From: Candidatus Eiseniibacteriota bacterium | GTDB lineage: Bacteria > Eisenbacteria > RBG-16-71-46 > CAZEPH01 | Assembly (NCBI GenBank): GCA_044229145.1 | Contig: JBGATO010000014.1 | Coordinates: 1-64,000, forward strand | Direction of reading: 5' to 3' | DNA: 64,000 nt | Shown here: positions 9,623-19,600 of the stretch, one piece after another | Layout: every line of letters starts with the position of its first letter | Numbering within the stretch: the first letter of the stretch is position 1 | Notes under the pieces: model-generated | What the model was told of the DNA's origin: nothing | Seen by the model: the letters and a program-made list of their open reading frames with translations, nothing else | Database searches by the model: none | Translations under genes and position numbers: made by a program

Positions 9623-10750
9623 TCAGCCCGCGACCTCGAGTCCGACGCGCGCGTCCGCCACCGATGTCGGAATCCGCGGCACGCCGGCCGCGACGATCGC
9701 CGCGATGCGCTCGGCGGCCTGGCCATCGCCGTAGAAGTCGGGACGCGCGGTGGCGCGATCGAAGTGCAGCGCCGCCTCCGCCGCCGCGACGATGCGTGCC
9801 GGGTCCGCGTCGACCAACGTGTTCCAGCCGGCCTGCACGGTTTCGACCCACTCGGTCTCGCGGCGCAGCGTGATGCACGGCACGCCGGCCCAGAAGGCTT
9901 CCTTCTGCACGCCGCCCGAGTCGGTGAGGATCGCCTGTGCGTTGGCACACAGCGCGAGCAGATCGAGGTAGCCGAGCGGCTCGATGACGTGGACGCGGCC
10001 GCCGACACCCCATCCGGCTTCGCGCAGCACGTGACGCGTGCGCGGGTGCAGCGGCAGGTACACGTCGGCCGGCGCCTGCTCGAGCGCGCTCAGGATCGCG
10101 CGCAAGCGCTCGAGCGAATCGGTGTTCTCGGCGCGGTGCACGGTGGCGACGAAGTACGGCTTACCGTCGGCATCGAGCGAATCGACGATCCGCGACTCGC
10201 GCAGCGCGCGTTCGCGGAAGTGCAGGTAGGCGTCGTACATCACGTCGCCCACCTCGTGCACGCCGTCGGTGACGCCTTCGCGCGCCAAGTTCTGCACCGC
10301 TTCCGTCGTCGGCGCGAACAGCAGCTGCGCGAGACGATCGGCGACCAGCCGGTTGATCTCCTCCGGCATGTCCATGCGGCGGCTGCGCAAGCCCGCTTCG
10401 ACGTGCGCCAGCGGCACCGGAATCTTCGACGCGGCGAGCGCGCCGGCAAGCGTCGAGTTGGTGTCGCCGTAGACCAGCACGAGATCCGGCTGCAGCGCGC
10501 GGATGTGGTGGTCGATGCCCTGCAGCATCGCCGCGGTCATCGCCGCGTGCGAGCCGCTGCCGACGCCGAGGTTGATGTCCGGCGCCGGAATCCCGAGTTC
10601 GTCGAAGAACGCGTCGGACATCGCGTGGTCGTAGTGCTGGCCGGTGTGGAGCAGCACCTCGCGCACGTGCTGGCGCAGCGCCTTCGAGACCGGCGCCGCC
10701 TTCACGAACTGCGGGCGCGCGCCGACGATCGTCAGAACGGTCCTGGGCAT
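9623..10750 (-). CDS. wecB: Non-hydrolysing UDP-GlcNAc 2-epimerase (WecB/WbpI-like)
   Basis: IVGARPQFVK, HTGQHYD, YGDTNST, HVEAGLRS, TDSGGVQKEA. Confidence 0.92.
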   Translation of the reverse strand: MPRTVLTIVGARPQFVKAAPVSKALRQHVREVLLHTGQHYDHAMSDAFFDELGIPAPDINLGVGSGSHAAMTAAMLQGIDHHIRALQPDLVLVYGDTNSTLAGALAASKIPVPLAHVEAGLRSRRMDMPEEINRLVADRLAQLLFAPTTEAVQNLAREGVTDGVHEVGDVMYDAYLHFRERALRESRIVDSLDADGKPYFVATVHRAENTDSLERLRAILSALEQAPADVYLPLHPRTRHVLREAGWGVGGRVHVIEPLGYLDLLALCANAQAILTDSGGVQKEAFWAGVPCITLRRETEWVETVQAGWNTLVDADPARIVAAAEAALHFDRATARPDFYGDGQAAERIAAIVAAGVPRIPTSVADARVGLEVAG

Positions 10751-11880
10751 CACGCGACCGGCGCGCCGTAGAAGGCGGTGATGGTGTTGATCACGTGGTC
10801 GACCTGCGCCTCGGTGAGTTCCGGGTAGACCGGCAGCGCGAGCACCTCGCGGCACGCCTGCTCGCTCACCGGCAGCGCGCCCTCCTTGTAGCCCATGTCG
10901 AGGAAGCAGGACTGCTGGTGCAGCGAGATCGGGTAATAGACCGCGTTGCCGATGCCCTTCTCGGTGAGGTGCGCTTTGAGATCGTCGCGGCGCGGCACGC
11001 GGATCACGTACTGATGGAACACGTGCGTGTTGTTGTCGTCAGTGACCGGGGCCACGACATCGGTGCCGGCGAACGCCGCGTTGTAGCGCGCCGCCACCTT
11101 CTGGCGGCCGGCCGCCCACGCATCGAGGTGACGCAGCTTCACCAGCAGCACCGCCGCCTGCAACGTGTCGAGACGGCTGTTGGTGCCGACGAAGTGGTGC
11201 ACGTAGCGCGGCCGCATCCCGTGCTCGCGCCACATCCGCACCTTGTCGGCGAACTCGGCGTCGTTCGAGATGAGCATGCCACCGTCGCCCGCGCCGCCGA
11301 GGTTCTTCGACGGGAAGAAGCTGACGCCGCCGGCGAGACCGACGGTGCACGCCTTGCGCGTCACGCCGTCGACGCGCGACGTCTGCGCCGCGCCGATCGC
11401 CTGGCAGGCGTCCTCGATCACCGCGAGGTTGTGCTTCTTCGCCAGCGCCATGATCGGATCCATCTGCGCCATCTGCCCGAAGATGTGCACCGGCATGATG
11501 GCGCGGGTGCGCGGCGTGATCGCCGCTTCGATCGCCTTCGGGTCGACGTTGAAGGACGCCGGCTCGCTGTCGACGAACACCGGCGTGCCGCCCGCGTTCA
11601 CCACCGTGCCGGCCGACGCGAAGAACGTAAACGTCGGGACGATGACCTCGTCGCCCGGCTGCAACTTGAGTGCCTTGAGCGCGAGCAAGAGCGCGTCGGT
11701 GCCGCTGGCCACACCAGTGGCCGCCGTCGCGCCGCAGTACTCGGCGAGCGCCGCCTCGAGGCCCTTCACCGCCGGGCCGTTGATGAACGCCTGGGTCTCG
11801 AAAACCTCGTCGACCGCCGCGCGCACGTCGTCGCGGATGGTGGCGTATTGCGCCTTCAAATCGAGCAGCGGGATGTTCAT
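10750..11880 (-). CDS. DegT/DnrJ/EryC1/StrS aminotransferase (WbpE-like)
   Basis: IPLLDLKAQY, SGTDAL, EDACQAIG, SFFPSKNLG, NSRLDTLQAA. Confidence 0.93.
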   Translation of the reverse strand: MNIPLLDLKAQYATIRDDVRAAVDEVFETQAFINGPAVKGLEAALAEYCGATAATGVASGTDALLLALKALKLQPGDEVIVPTFTFFASAGTVVNAGGTPVFVDSEPASFNVDPKAIEAAITPRTRAIMPVHIFGQMAQMDPIMALAKKHNLAVIEDACQAIGAAQTSRVDGVTRKACTVGLAGGVSFFPSKNLGGAGDGGMLISNDAEFADKVRMWREHGMRPRYVHHFVGTNSRLDTLQAAVLLVKLRHLDAWAAGRQKVAARYNAAFAGTDVVAPVTDDNNTHVFHQYVIRVPRRDDLKAHLTEKGIGNAVYYPISLHQQSCFLDMGYKEGALPVSEQACREVLALPVYPELTEAQVDHVINTITAFYGAPVA

Positions 11881-12084
11881 GCACGGACCTCTGTGCGGTT
11901 GGGAGCCGTCGCGTCGCGCCGCCGCGGCGGCGCATCATCGGAGGCGAGCAGGCGCGTGATAGGGCCACGCATGCACGAACTCGCAACCCGTCGATTGTGG
12001 CGACGCCAGAGGGTGCGAGCAAGCGCCGCAGGGGGGCCGGGCGGGGCCAAAGCGCCGCGGCGCGGAAGGCCACGCGGGGCCAAG

Positions 12085-12114
12085 TTGACCGGGTTCGGGT
12101 TGACGGGGTAGGCT
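12085..12114 (+). promoter_or_regulatory. sigma70-type promoter of the DUF4258/DUF2283 operon
   Basis: TTGACC-18 nt-TAGGCT, 29 nt before ATG 12144. Confidence 0.5.
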
Positions 12115-12143
12115 CGAACTCCACGGGGCACCGAAAGGGCCCG

Positions 12144-12383
12144 ATGGCACGCACTACGCCACCTCTCCGGTTCGAAGCGCACGCCCGTCTCCGCATGGCG
12201 CAGCGCGCGATCACGGAGAATCAGATTTGGGAAGTGATTCGATCCCCCGATCGAACGAGACCCGCTCAGCGCCCAGGCGCTCTGCGGCTCGAAAAGCGGC
12301 TCCCGGGAAATAGGACTCTCGTCGTCATCATCGACCGAACAGACGCCTTCATTCGCGTCGTGTCCGCATGGGAGAAGGGGTGA
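12144..12383 (+). CDS. DUF4258-like (RelE-fold) putative toxin
   Basis: 79 aa; HARLRMAQRAI..I.EVI..PD and C-terminal IRVVSAW. Confidence 0.7.
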   Translation: MARTTPPLRFEAHARLRMAQRAITENQIWEVIRSPDRTRPAQRPGALRLEKRLPGNRTLVVIIDRTDAFIRVVSAWEKG

Positions 12384-12390
12384 GTACGAC

Positions 12391-12696
12391 ATGAACTCGA
12401 AGTCTCGACCAACACACCACGTGAGCTTTCAGATTTCCACCAGCGGACGCGACGACGGCACGATCGAAGCGGCGTACGTGTCGTTCGCTGGCTCGCGCGA
12501 CAAGGCCGCCCGCACGCAGGAACTTCTCGAGGACATCCTGCTCGCCGACTACGACGCCGCGGACAATCTCCTCGGATTCGAATTACTCGCGCCGGTGCGG
12601 ATCGCGGATTTGGAGCGCTGGGTGCCGCCGGAGACGTGGCACGCGTTCCGCGCCTTTCTCGAACAGAGCGGGCCGCGGGAGTGGTTGGTGGCGTGA
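12391..12696 (+). CDS. DUF2283-like putative antitoxin
   Basis: AAYV.F....A.T.E...ILLADYDAADNLLGFELL pattern; directly after the DUF4258 gene. Confidence 0.7.
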   Translation: MNSKSRPTHHVSFQISTSGRDDGTIEAAYVSFAGSRDKAARTQELLEDILLADYDAADNLLGFELLAPVRIADLERWVPPETWHAFRAFLEQSGPREWLVA

Positions 12697-13412
12697 AGCA
12701 CTGGAGACACACTCTGTCGATGTGTGTTCTCGTCGCTGCCATGACCTGCGCAGGGTCGGCGTATGCTCGTATGACAGACCCAGCGAGCGATTCCACATCT
12801 CGCGCGCTCATCGTGAGCATCGCCCGAGACGCACTCGGCGCCACGGCACCAATCTCCGATGTGCAGTACATCGCTCGCGAGGATTCGCTTCGCGCGCGAT
12901 GGCGCAGTCCTGGTGCGGTGTGGATCGTGTCCTGCCCGTTGTTCGCGCTGCCCAATCGCTCGGGGGCAACCCCGCCTTGCAGTCTCACCGTGGCACTCGC
13001 CCTCGACGAGAAGGGCCTCCTCGAGGGCGCGGTCCTGGTGTCCCACGGAGTTGGGGATCCAGTTGCGCTGGCACTCGCCGGGTGCCCAGAACTGCGCAAT
13101 CTGCCGGCCTGGGACTCTGTGTCCAACGGAGACTGCTCGAACCTCCCGGACATCCTCGAGGCCGCGTGGGAGGCGGGTGCGCAACTGCATGGCATGCAGT
13201 TGATCGTCTTGCAGCACAGCACCGATCCGCTCTCGGGCGGGACGCTCGTCGTTCCGGAATCGTTCCGCGGCCCGGGGTGGTCGATTCAGTGCCGGGAGAA
13301 TCGAGCACTGAAGCGTGGAGACATCGCGGCCTTCGACGGAGTCTACTCGTGCGGGAAGCAAGGCATGGTAGCCTGGTCCCGGCGTCCAGCACCCGTCCCC
13401 GGAATTCCCTAG
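12693..13412 (+). CDS. Hypothetical exported Cys-containing protein
   Basis: GTGA overlap with DUF2283 stop; signal-like N-terminus ending GSAYA; TAG stop lies in the IS target duplication. Confidence 0.5.
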   Translation: MKHWRHTLSMCVLVAAMTCAGSAYARMTDPASDSTSRALIVSIARDALGATAPISDVQYIAREDSLRARWRSPGAVWIVSCPLFALPNRSGATPPCSLTVALALDEKGLLEGAVLVSHGVGDPVALALAGCPELRNLPAWDSVSNGDCSNLPDILEAAWEAGAQLHGMQLIVLQHSTDPLSGGTLVVPESFRGPGWSIQCRENRALKRGDIAAFDGVYSCGKQGMVAWSRRPAPVPGIP

Positions 13413-13540
13413 CAGGCTGCTGAAAAATGTCATTCGACGCAGCTCATTCGCCTTCGCATGACTCGCGACGCCTCGCGATGTCCGCCCTCTCCGTGGTGCG
13501 GGAGGGCGGCGGGGTGCTGCGTCCGTCGTGCCTGACCCCG

Positions 13541-14632
13541 TCACGCCGCGGCGAGCTGGATGTTCCGCATGCGGACCAGATTGTACGTCGCGACGGCGAA
13601 GACGAACATCCAATCGATCCGTTCGCGTCCTCGGTGGCGCAGCTTGCGCATCCCGCCGACGGTCTTCAGCCAGCCGAAGATCTCTTCGACGCGCTTGCGG
13701 ATGCGTTGACTCGTCGCGTAGCCCGGATGCCGTGTCGTGCGTCCGTCGATCGCCGAGCCGCCGCGACGGCCGGTGTTCTGCGCGACGTGCGGCGTGATGC
13801 CGAGGGCGCGCAGTTCGGCGACGAAGCCCTGCGTGTCGTAGCCCTTGTCCGCGCCGAGCGTCACGCGCGATGCCGCGCTGGGGATCGCCGCGGTCATCGA
13901 CACGGCCGCGTCGCGTTCCGCCGTCCCGCTCGCCTGCGTCACCTGCGCGTTCACCGCGAGACCGTGGCGGTTTTCCATCAGCACGTGGCCCTGATACGCG
14001 AGCTTTGCCTCTTTGCCCCGGCCTTTGCGGGCGAGCCGTGCGGCGGGATCGGTCGTCGAGCGATGCGTCGCGTTCGTCCGCGTCTCGCCGTGGAAGTTGA
14101 CCGACGGATTGCCGGGATCGTCGGGCGGCGCACTCGGCGGGTCGTCGAGCGGGCGCACACTCTTGAGACTCGCCCACGCTTCGAGCAGCGTGCCATCGAC
14201 CGTGAAGTGGTCGGCCGAGAGCAGATGCTGGCGCCGCGCGGCCGCGAGCACGCCGGCGAAGAAATGCGTCGCGATGTCGCCGTCTTCCAGGCGCGCGCGA
14301 TTCTTGGTGAAGGTCGTCGCATCCCACACCGCGTCATCGAGATGCAGGCCGACGAACCAGCGGAACAGCAAGTTGTATTCGAGCTGCTCCACGAGTTGCC
14401 GTTCGCTCCGCACCGAGTACAGCACCTGCAACAGGAGCGCGCGCAGCAGACGCTCGGGCGCAATCGACGGACGGCCGCGGTGTGTGTAGAGCGTCGCGAA
14501 GTGCGGCGAGAGATCGAGAAGCACCTGGTCGACGAGGCGGCGCAACGGCCGAATCGGATGATCGGCGGGGATACGCGCGTCGAGACTCACATAGCTAAAC
14601 AGGGCGTCTTGCGGATCGTCGGCACCACGCAT
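13541..14632 (-). CDS. IS5-family DDE transposase
   Basis: GRPSIAPERLLRALLLQ, SERQL, HFTVDGTLLEAWAS, GADKGYD, RKRVEEIFGWLK; GGAGGAG RBS; uninterrupted. Confidence 0.95.
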   Translation of the reverse strand: MRGADDPQDALFSYVSLDARIPADHPIRPLRRLVDQVLLDLSPHFATLYTHRGRPSIAPERLLRALLLQVLYSVRSERQLVEQLEYNLLFRWFVGLHLDDAVWDATTFTKNRARLEDGDIATHFFAGVLAAARRQHLLSADHFTVDGTLLEAWASLKSVRPLDDPPSAPPDDPGNPSVNFHGETRTNATHRSTTDPAARLARKGRGKEAKLAYQGHVLMENRHGLAVNAQVTQASGTAERDAAVSMTAAIPSAASRVTLGADKGYDTQGFVAELRALGITPHVAQNTGRRGGSAIDGRTTRHPGYATSQRIRKRVEEIFGWLKTVGGMRKLRHRGRERIDWMFVFAVATYNLVRMRNIQLAAA

Positions 14633-14660
14633 CGCAGGCTCTCCTCCTCGGGACCGCGAT

Positions 14661-14689
14661 ACTATATTGTACTGTCGTCGCTCAAGCAA
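14661..14689 (-). promoter_or_regulatory. Transposase promoter inside the IS end
   Basis: TTGCTT-17 nt-TATAGT. Confidence 0.5.
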
Positions 14690-14716
14690 GACGAAGAGGC
14701 CTTTTTCAGCAGCCTG

Positions 14717-15007
14717 CTAGGCCGCTTACCGCGCCGCCTCGATGATGATCCACGGGTGCCGCGTGGCGATGCGCAGGAGAGCCAGCGCCGGTCCTTCGGG
14801 ATGACGCCGCCCTTGCTCCCACTTGCGCAGCGTGTGCACGCTGATCCCCATGACGAGGGCAATGCGCTCCTGCGTCAGGCCGATGAAATTCCGCAGCGCG
14901 ACGATGTCCGCCCCCTATTCGATCGCGCCTTTCATGAGCCGCTGATGCACACGCGCCGGGATGGCGCGCGCGAGTTGTGCGTCGGTGAGTTCGGGGATGT
15001 CATCCAT
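14717..15007 (-). pseudogene. XRE/HTH antitoxin (HigA-like) pseudogene
   Basis: MDDIPELTDAQLARA...KGAIE*GADIVALRNFIGLTQERIALVMGISVHTLRKWEQGRRHPEGPALALLRI...AAR*AA*; in-frame TAG at 14915-14917 before the HTH. Confidence 0.75.
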
Positions 15008-15027
15008 CGACGGGTGCAGGATGGTGT

Positions 15028-15801
15028 CTACTTCAAACAGTTCTTCAGCAACTGCTCCGGCTTCGTCGCGCGGAAGTGCTTCGCGGGCGATCCCACGACC
15101 GTGACCTCCGCCGGCACGTCGCGCGTCACCACCGAACCGGCGCCGACCACTGCTTCCTCTTCCAACGTCACGCCGGGCAGCAACGTCGCGTTGCCGCCGA
15201 CGCGGGCGCCGCGCTTGAGCGTCGGGCCCTTGGTGTGCTTGAAGCGCTCTTCGGTGCGGCCCATGAAGTTGTCGTTCGTCGTCGTCACGCCGGGCGCCAC
15301 GAAGCAGCGGTCGCCGATCGTCGAGTAGGCGGTGATGTACGAGTTGGTCTCGAGCTTCACGTACGAGCCGACGGTGGTGAAGTTCTCGATCGCCACGCCG
15401 CGGCCGACGATGGTGAACTCGCCGACGGTGACGTCCTCGCGAATCGTCGCCAGGTCGGCGACCAGCACGCGCTGGCCGATCGTGCAGCCGCGGTAGATCA
15501 CCGCGCTGGTGCCGATGATGCACGTCTCGCCGATCTGCGTGCCGGCGAGGTCGGTGCGCGGCTTCATCGTCGAGTTCGCCGCGCGCATCGGCCACTTGCC
15601 GATCACCACGTGGTCGTCGACGCGCACGTTGGCGCCGATCACCGTGTCGGGGTGAATCACGACGTGGTGCCCGATGATCGAGCCTTCGCCGATGACGACG
15701 TTCTCCATGACGATGGTGCCCATGCCGATCGGCACGCCGGCGGCGATCTTGGCGGTCGGGTGGATGAACGTGGCGAGCGGCGTCGAGTGGTCGGCGGACA
15801 T
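15028..15801 (-). CDS. Hexapeptide-repeat N-acetyltransferase (WbpD-like)
   Basis: Left-handed beta-helix repeats, TTTND, GANAT-like GGNATLLPG, GAGSVVTRDVP..G.PAK. Confidence 0.88.
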   Translation of the reverse strand: MSADHSTPLATFIHPTAKIAAGVPIGMGTIVMENVVIGEGSIIGHHVVIHPDTVIGANVRVDDHVVIGKWPMRAANSTMKPRTDLAGTQIGETCIIGTSAVIYRGCTIGQRVLVADLATIREDVTVGEFTIVGRGVAIENFTTVGSYVKLETNSYITAYSTIGDRCFVAPGVTTTNDNFMGRTEERFKHTKGPTLKRGARVGGNATLLPGVTLEEEAVVGAGSVVTRDVPAEVTVVGSPAKHFRATKPEQLLKNCLK

Positions 15802-15825
15802 GGCGATGGCTCCTGCGAAGTCGAC

Positions 15826-16863
15826 TTAGGCGAGCGACACCGGCGCGCCCCCGTGGGCGAGCGACTGGGTCGCGGCTTCGAGAATGGTGACGGCGGTGAC
15901 GCCGTCGCGGGCCGGCGCGATGGCCGGCTGGGTGCCGGTGCGAATGCACTCGAGGAAGTAACCATCCTCGAGGCGCAGCGGCTCGGTCATCTTGACGTAC
16001 GGCACGACGATGTCCCCAGAGCGCAGCGAGATCGACTCGCTGTAGGTGACGACGCCGTTCTCCGCCTTCACCGACTCGCGGCGGGCGGACTTGTCGTAGA
16101 TGCGGATCTTCTCGTCGGCGGCCATGTCGTCGAACACCGCCATCTTCTCGCTGCCGACGATCACCAGTTCGCGCACCTTGCGCGGGTCGAGCCACGACAC
16201 GTGACCGTGTCCGCGCGCGCCGCCGTCGAAGTCGACGGAGAAGAACACGACGTCCTCGATGCCCTGTTGCAAGTACGCGCTGCCGGTGGCGCTCACGCTG
16301 CGCGGCGCGCGCCCGGCGAGGAAGTGCATCATCAGCGAGACATCATGCGGTGCCAGCGACCACAGCGCGTTCTCCTCGCGGCGCACGATGCCGAGGTTGA
16401 GGCGGCGCGTCGCGACGTAGAGCACGTCGCCCAGTTCGCCGGCGTCGACCATCGCGCGCAGCTTGGTGACCGCGGGGTGGTGCAACAGCAAGTGGCCGAC
16501 CATGCACACGAGGCCACGCGCGTCGGCGGCGCGCTGCACGGCCTCGGCGTCGGCGCGGGTGAGCGCGAGCGGCTTCTCGACCAGTGCGTGCTTGCCGGCG
16601 GCGAGCGCGGCCTGCGCGACACGCGCGTGGCTCGGCGAGTCGGTGGCGATCACCACCGCCTGCACGCGCGGATCGGCGATGAGTTCGTCGGCGGTCGCGT
16701 AGGTGGTGAGGCCGGGACGCACGCCGGCCGCGACGGCGCGGCGCGCCTCGACGGCGTCCGCCACCGCGACGAGATCCGCCTGCGGAAGCGCGGCCAGCGC
16801 GCGCACATGATTCATCCCCCACCCGCCGGCGCCGATGACGCCGACCGCGATCTTGTCGCTCAT
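15826..16863 (-). CDS. Gfo/Idh/MocA oxidoreductase (WbpB-like)
   Basis: VIGAGGWG, LVEKPL, VGH, SLAPHD; AGAGG RBS. Confidence 0.9.
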   Translation of the reverse strand: MSDKIAVGVIGAGGWGMNHVRALAALPQADLVAVADAVEARRAVAAGVRPGLTTYATADELIADPRVQAVVIATDSPSHARVAQAALAAGKHALVEKPLALTRADAEAVQRAADARGLVCMVGHLLLHHPAVTKLRAMVDAGELGDVLYVATRRLNLGIVRREENALWSLAPHDVSLMMHFLAGRAPRSVSATGSAYLQQGIEDVVFFSVDFDGGARGHGHVSWLDPRKVRELVIVGSEKMAVFDDMAADEKIRIYDKSARRESVKAENGVVTYSESISLRSGDIVVPYVKMTEPLRLEDGYFLECIRTGTQPAIAPARDGVTAVTILEAATQSLAHGGAPVSLA

Positions 16864-16888
16864 GTCAGTCCTCTGAATCGTCTCGCGT

Positions 16889-17725
16889 TCACACAGTGTC
16901 GGCGGGCACGCGGTGCAGCCGGTTGCGCGTCGCGCAATACGGACACGTCCACTCGGCGCCCTCACGCGCGGCCGGTTCGATGTCGACGAAGTTGCCGCAG
17001 CGACGACACGTGTGCGTCACGCGCCGCACACCACGCGTGCCGACCTTCTCGCACAGGAACATCAAGTTCGAGCGCGACACGCAATCGGCGCCGGTGAGCC
17101 GCTGCCACGCCCACAGCGCGGAGATGAAGGCGTACTGCGCCGCCTGCGTCCGCGGATCATTCATCCACGAGAAGCCGGCGGGAAGCTCCGCGTAGGACCG
17201 CAAGCGGAAGCCGGCGCCATACATCCAACGGAGCATGCGCGGCAGCGTCGTCAGGCCTTGGTGTTCGGGATGCTTGCGAATCTTTCCGAGCAGATACTTC
17301 GCCGAGAGCCCGGCGAAGCGATAGAAGCGGTCGTCGAAGCGCCGCGACTCAGGCACCGAGAAGAAGAACAGACCGCCCGGCTTGACCACGCGCGCCGCTT
17401 CCGCGAAAGCGCGCGCCGGATCGCTGACGTGCTCGATGACGTAATAGCACACCAGCATGTCGAGCGAGGCATCCGGCACCGGCAGGCGCAGCACGTCGCC
17501 GAGCCCGCGCAACACGTGCGGCTGCGGCGACGGCTTGCCGGGAATCTCGAGGTCGAGCGACAGGATGCGCAGCTCGGGGAACATCGCATACGGAAACGAG
17601 CCCACCTTCGCACCGGCATCCAGCACCAGCGCGCCGGCGGGCAGTTCCCGCAACGCCTCGAGGACGAACAGCGGCTCCTCGCCCTCGCGTCGCGCGAGCG
17701 GCTGAGGACGATACGGCTCGCTCAC
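16889..17725 (-). CDS. Class I SAM methyltransferase with C-terminal zinc ribbon
   Basis: VLDAGA, VIEHV.DP, RVVKPGG; CRRC...CPYC at the C-terminus; GTGA overlap. Confidence 0.75.
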   Translation of the reverse strand: MSEPYRPQPLARREGEEPLFVLEALRELPAGALVLDAGAKVGSFPYAMFPELRILSLDLEIPGKPSPQPHVLRGLGDVLRLPVPDASLDMLVCYYVIEHVSDPARAFAEAARVVKPGGLFFFSVPESRRFDDRFYRFAGLSAKYLLGKIRKHPEHQGLTTLPRMLRWMYGAGFRLRSYAELPAGFSWMNDPRTQAAQYAFISALWAWQRLTGADCVSRSNLMFLCEKVGTRGVRRVTHTCRRCGNFVDIEPAAREGAEWTCPYCATRNRLHRVPADTV

Positions 17726-18663
17726 GCCGTCGCCGACGCCTGTTCCTTGAACCACTCGAGCGTGCGCGCGAGGCCGACTTTGACGTCCACCTGCGGTTCG
17801 AACTCGAGCAGCGTGCGGGCGCGCGTGATGTCCGGCTGGCGCACCTTCGGGTCATCCTCGGGCAGCGGCTTGTAGGCGATCTTGCTCGACGAACCGAGCA
17901 TGGTGATCACCATTTCCGCCATCTCCTTCACCGTCATCTCGGACGGGTTGCCGATGTTGACCGGATCGTGGATGCCCTCCGACATCAAGAGGCGGTAGAT
18001 GCCGTCGATGAGGTCGGTGATGTAGGTGAACGAACGCGTCTGCGAGCCGTCGCCGAACACGGTGAGCGGCTCCCCCCGCAGCGCTTGATCGACGAAGGTC
18101 GGCACCGCACGGCCGTCGTCCTTGCGCATGCGCGGACCGTAGGTGTTGAAGATGCGGACGATCTTGGTGTCGACGCCGTGGTAGCGGTGGTAGGCCATCG
18201 TCATCGCCTCGGCGAAACGCTTGGCCTCGTCGTACACGCCGCGGATGCCGATGGGGTTGACGTTGCCCCAGTAGGTCTCCGGCTGCGGGTGGACGAGCGG
18301 GTCGCCGTAGCATTCCGATGTCGAGGCGAGCAGGAAGCGGGCGCCCTTCGCCTTCGCCAGGCCGAGCGCCTTGTGCGTGCCGAGCGCGCCGACCTTCAGC
18401 GTCTGGATCGGCCACTTGAGGTAGTCCACCGGCGAGGCCGGCGACGCGAAGTGCATCACCGCATCGAGCGCGCCTTCGACGTAGATGTAGTTCGTCACGT
18501 CGTACTGGACGAACGAGAAGCGCGGGTTGCGGATGTGCGCGATGTTGTCGGTGGTGCCGGTGATCAGGTTGTCCATGCAGATCACCTCGTGGCCCTTCTC
18601 CAGCAAGTAGTCACAGAGGTGGGACCCGAGGAAGCCGGCACCGCCGGTCAACAGCACTCGCAT
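17722..18663 (-). CDS. UDP-glucuronic acid decarboxylase (UXS-family SDR)
   Basis: [56 protein letters not shown]. Confidence 0.93.
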   Translation of the reverse strand: MRVLLTGGAGFLGSHLCDYLLEKGHEVICMDNLITGTTDNIAHIRNPRFSFVQYDVTNYIYVEGALDAVMHFASPASPVDYLKWPIQTLKVGALGTHKALGLAKAKGARFLLASTSECYGDPLVHPQPETYWGNVNPIGIRGVYDEAKRFAEAMTMAYHRYHGVDTKIVRIFNTYGPRMRKDDGRAVPTFVDQALRGEPLTVFGDGSQTRSFTYITDLIDGIYRLLMSEGIHDPVNIGNPSEMTVKEMAEMVITMLGSSSKIAYKPLPEDDPKVRQPDITRARTLLEFEPQVDVKVGLARTLEWFKEQASATA

Positions 18664-18697
18664 GAGGATCTCCTGATTGGGGTCGAGGACCGTGCCC

Positions 18698-19600
18698 TCA
18701 CCCAGCGCGCCGCGGGCGGCCGGTGAGCGCGTCGCCGGTGGCGCGCAGCAGCGCGCGGAACGCGGCGGTGTTGCCGGTGGCCAGCGCGCGCAGCCCATAG
18801 GCCGCCATGCCGGCGAGCACGACGAACGGAATCGTCAGCCAGTGATACGGGCGCGCGTACAGGCGGAACAGCCGGAAGTTGCTCCGGACCTTGTGGTAGA
18901 CCTTGAAAGGGCTCTGCGCGCCTCCGGACGACCGCGACACCTCGTGCCACATGGTCGCCTCGGGAACGTAGAGGAGGTCCCAGCCCGCGCGGCGCGCGCG
19001 CACGCACCAGTCGGCGTCCTCCGCGTACAAGACGTAATCGGTGTCGAGCAGGCCGATCTCGTCCAACACGCGGCGGCGGGCCATGATAGCACAGCCGGTC
19101 AGATAGCCGACACTGCGCCGCCGCGCGTACGCGGGGCCATCCGGACGCCGCAATCCGTGGTGCCAGGTGAGCCCGAGCCACCAGTTGATCCCGCCCCCGG
19201 CCGACCAAATCGTGTCGGGATGGTCGAGGTAGAGGATCTTCGGCCCGACGAAGCCGGCGTTCGGAGTCTGCTCGAGCGCCTCGCGCAGCCGCCGCACCAT
19301 GTCGGGCGCCACGCGGGTGTCGTTGTTGAGGACGAGCGTGTAGTCGGCGCCATCGTCGAGCGCCTGGCGCAGCCCGGCGTTGTTGCCGCCGGCATAGTAG
19401 AGATTGGCGCCAGTCGCGACGAAGGTGACGCCCGGGAAGCGCGGCGGCAGCTCGTCGAGCGAGCCGTCCTCCGAGCCATTGTCGACGCAGTAGACGCGCA
19501 ACCCCGGCTCGTCCGAGGCGAGCAGACTCTCGAGGCAGCGCGCGGTGGCCACCTTGTCGTTCCAGTTGAGGACGATGGCGGCGACGATCGGCGTGCTCAC
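18698..19600 (-). CDS. GT2 glycosyltransferase (WbbL-like)
   Basis: [31 protein letters not shown]. Confidence 0.9.
   Translation of the reverse strand: MSTPIVAAIVLNWNDKVATARCLESLLASDEPGLRVYCVDNGSEDGSLDELPPRFPGVTFVATGANLYYAGGNNAGLRQALDDGADYTLVLNNDTRVAPDMVRRLREALEQTPNAGFVGPKILYLDHPDTIWSAGGGINWWLGLTWHHGLRRPDGPAYARRRSVGYLTGCAIMARRRVLDEIGLLDTDYVLYAEDADWCVRARRAGWDLLYVPEATMWHEVSRSSGGAQSPFKVYHKVRSNFRLFRLYARPYHWLTIPFVVLAGMAAYGLRALATGNTAAFRALLRATGDALTGRPRRAG

Larger units (their letters stand above)
13413..14716 (-). mobile_element. IS5-family insertion sequence, 1304 bp
   Basis: Perfect 15-bp terminal IRs CAGGCTGCTGAAAAA (13413-13427; 14702-14716), flanked by CTAG duplications (13409-13412; 14717-14720). 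Confidence 0.93.

Noticed and set aside
14915..14917. TAG recoding (pyrrolysine or alternative code) in the HTH gene
   Set aside because: TAG terminates many intact genes here and the same gene also has a TAA; simple decay is more parsimonious
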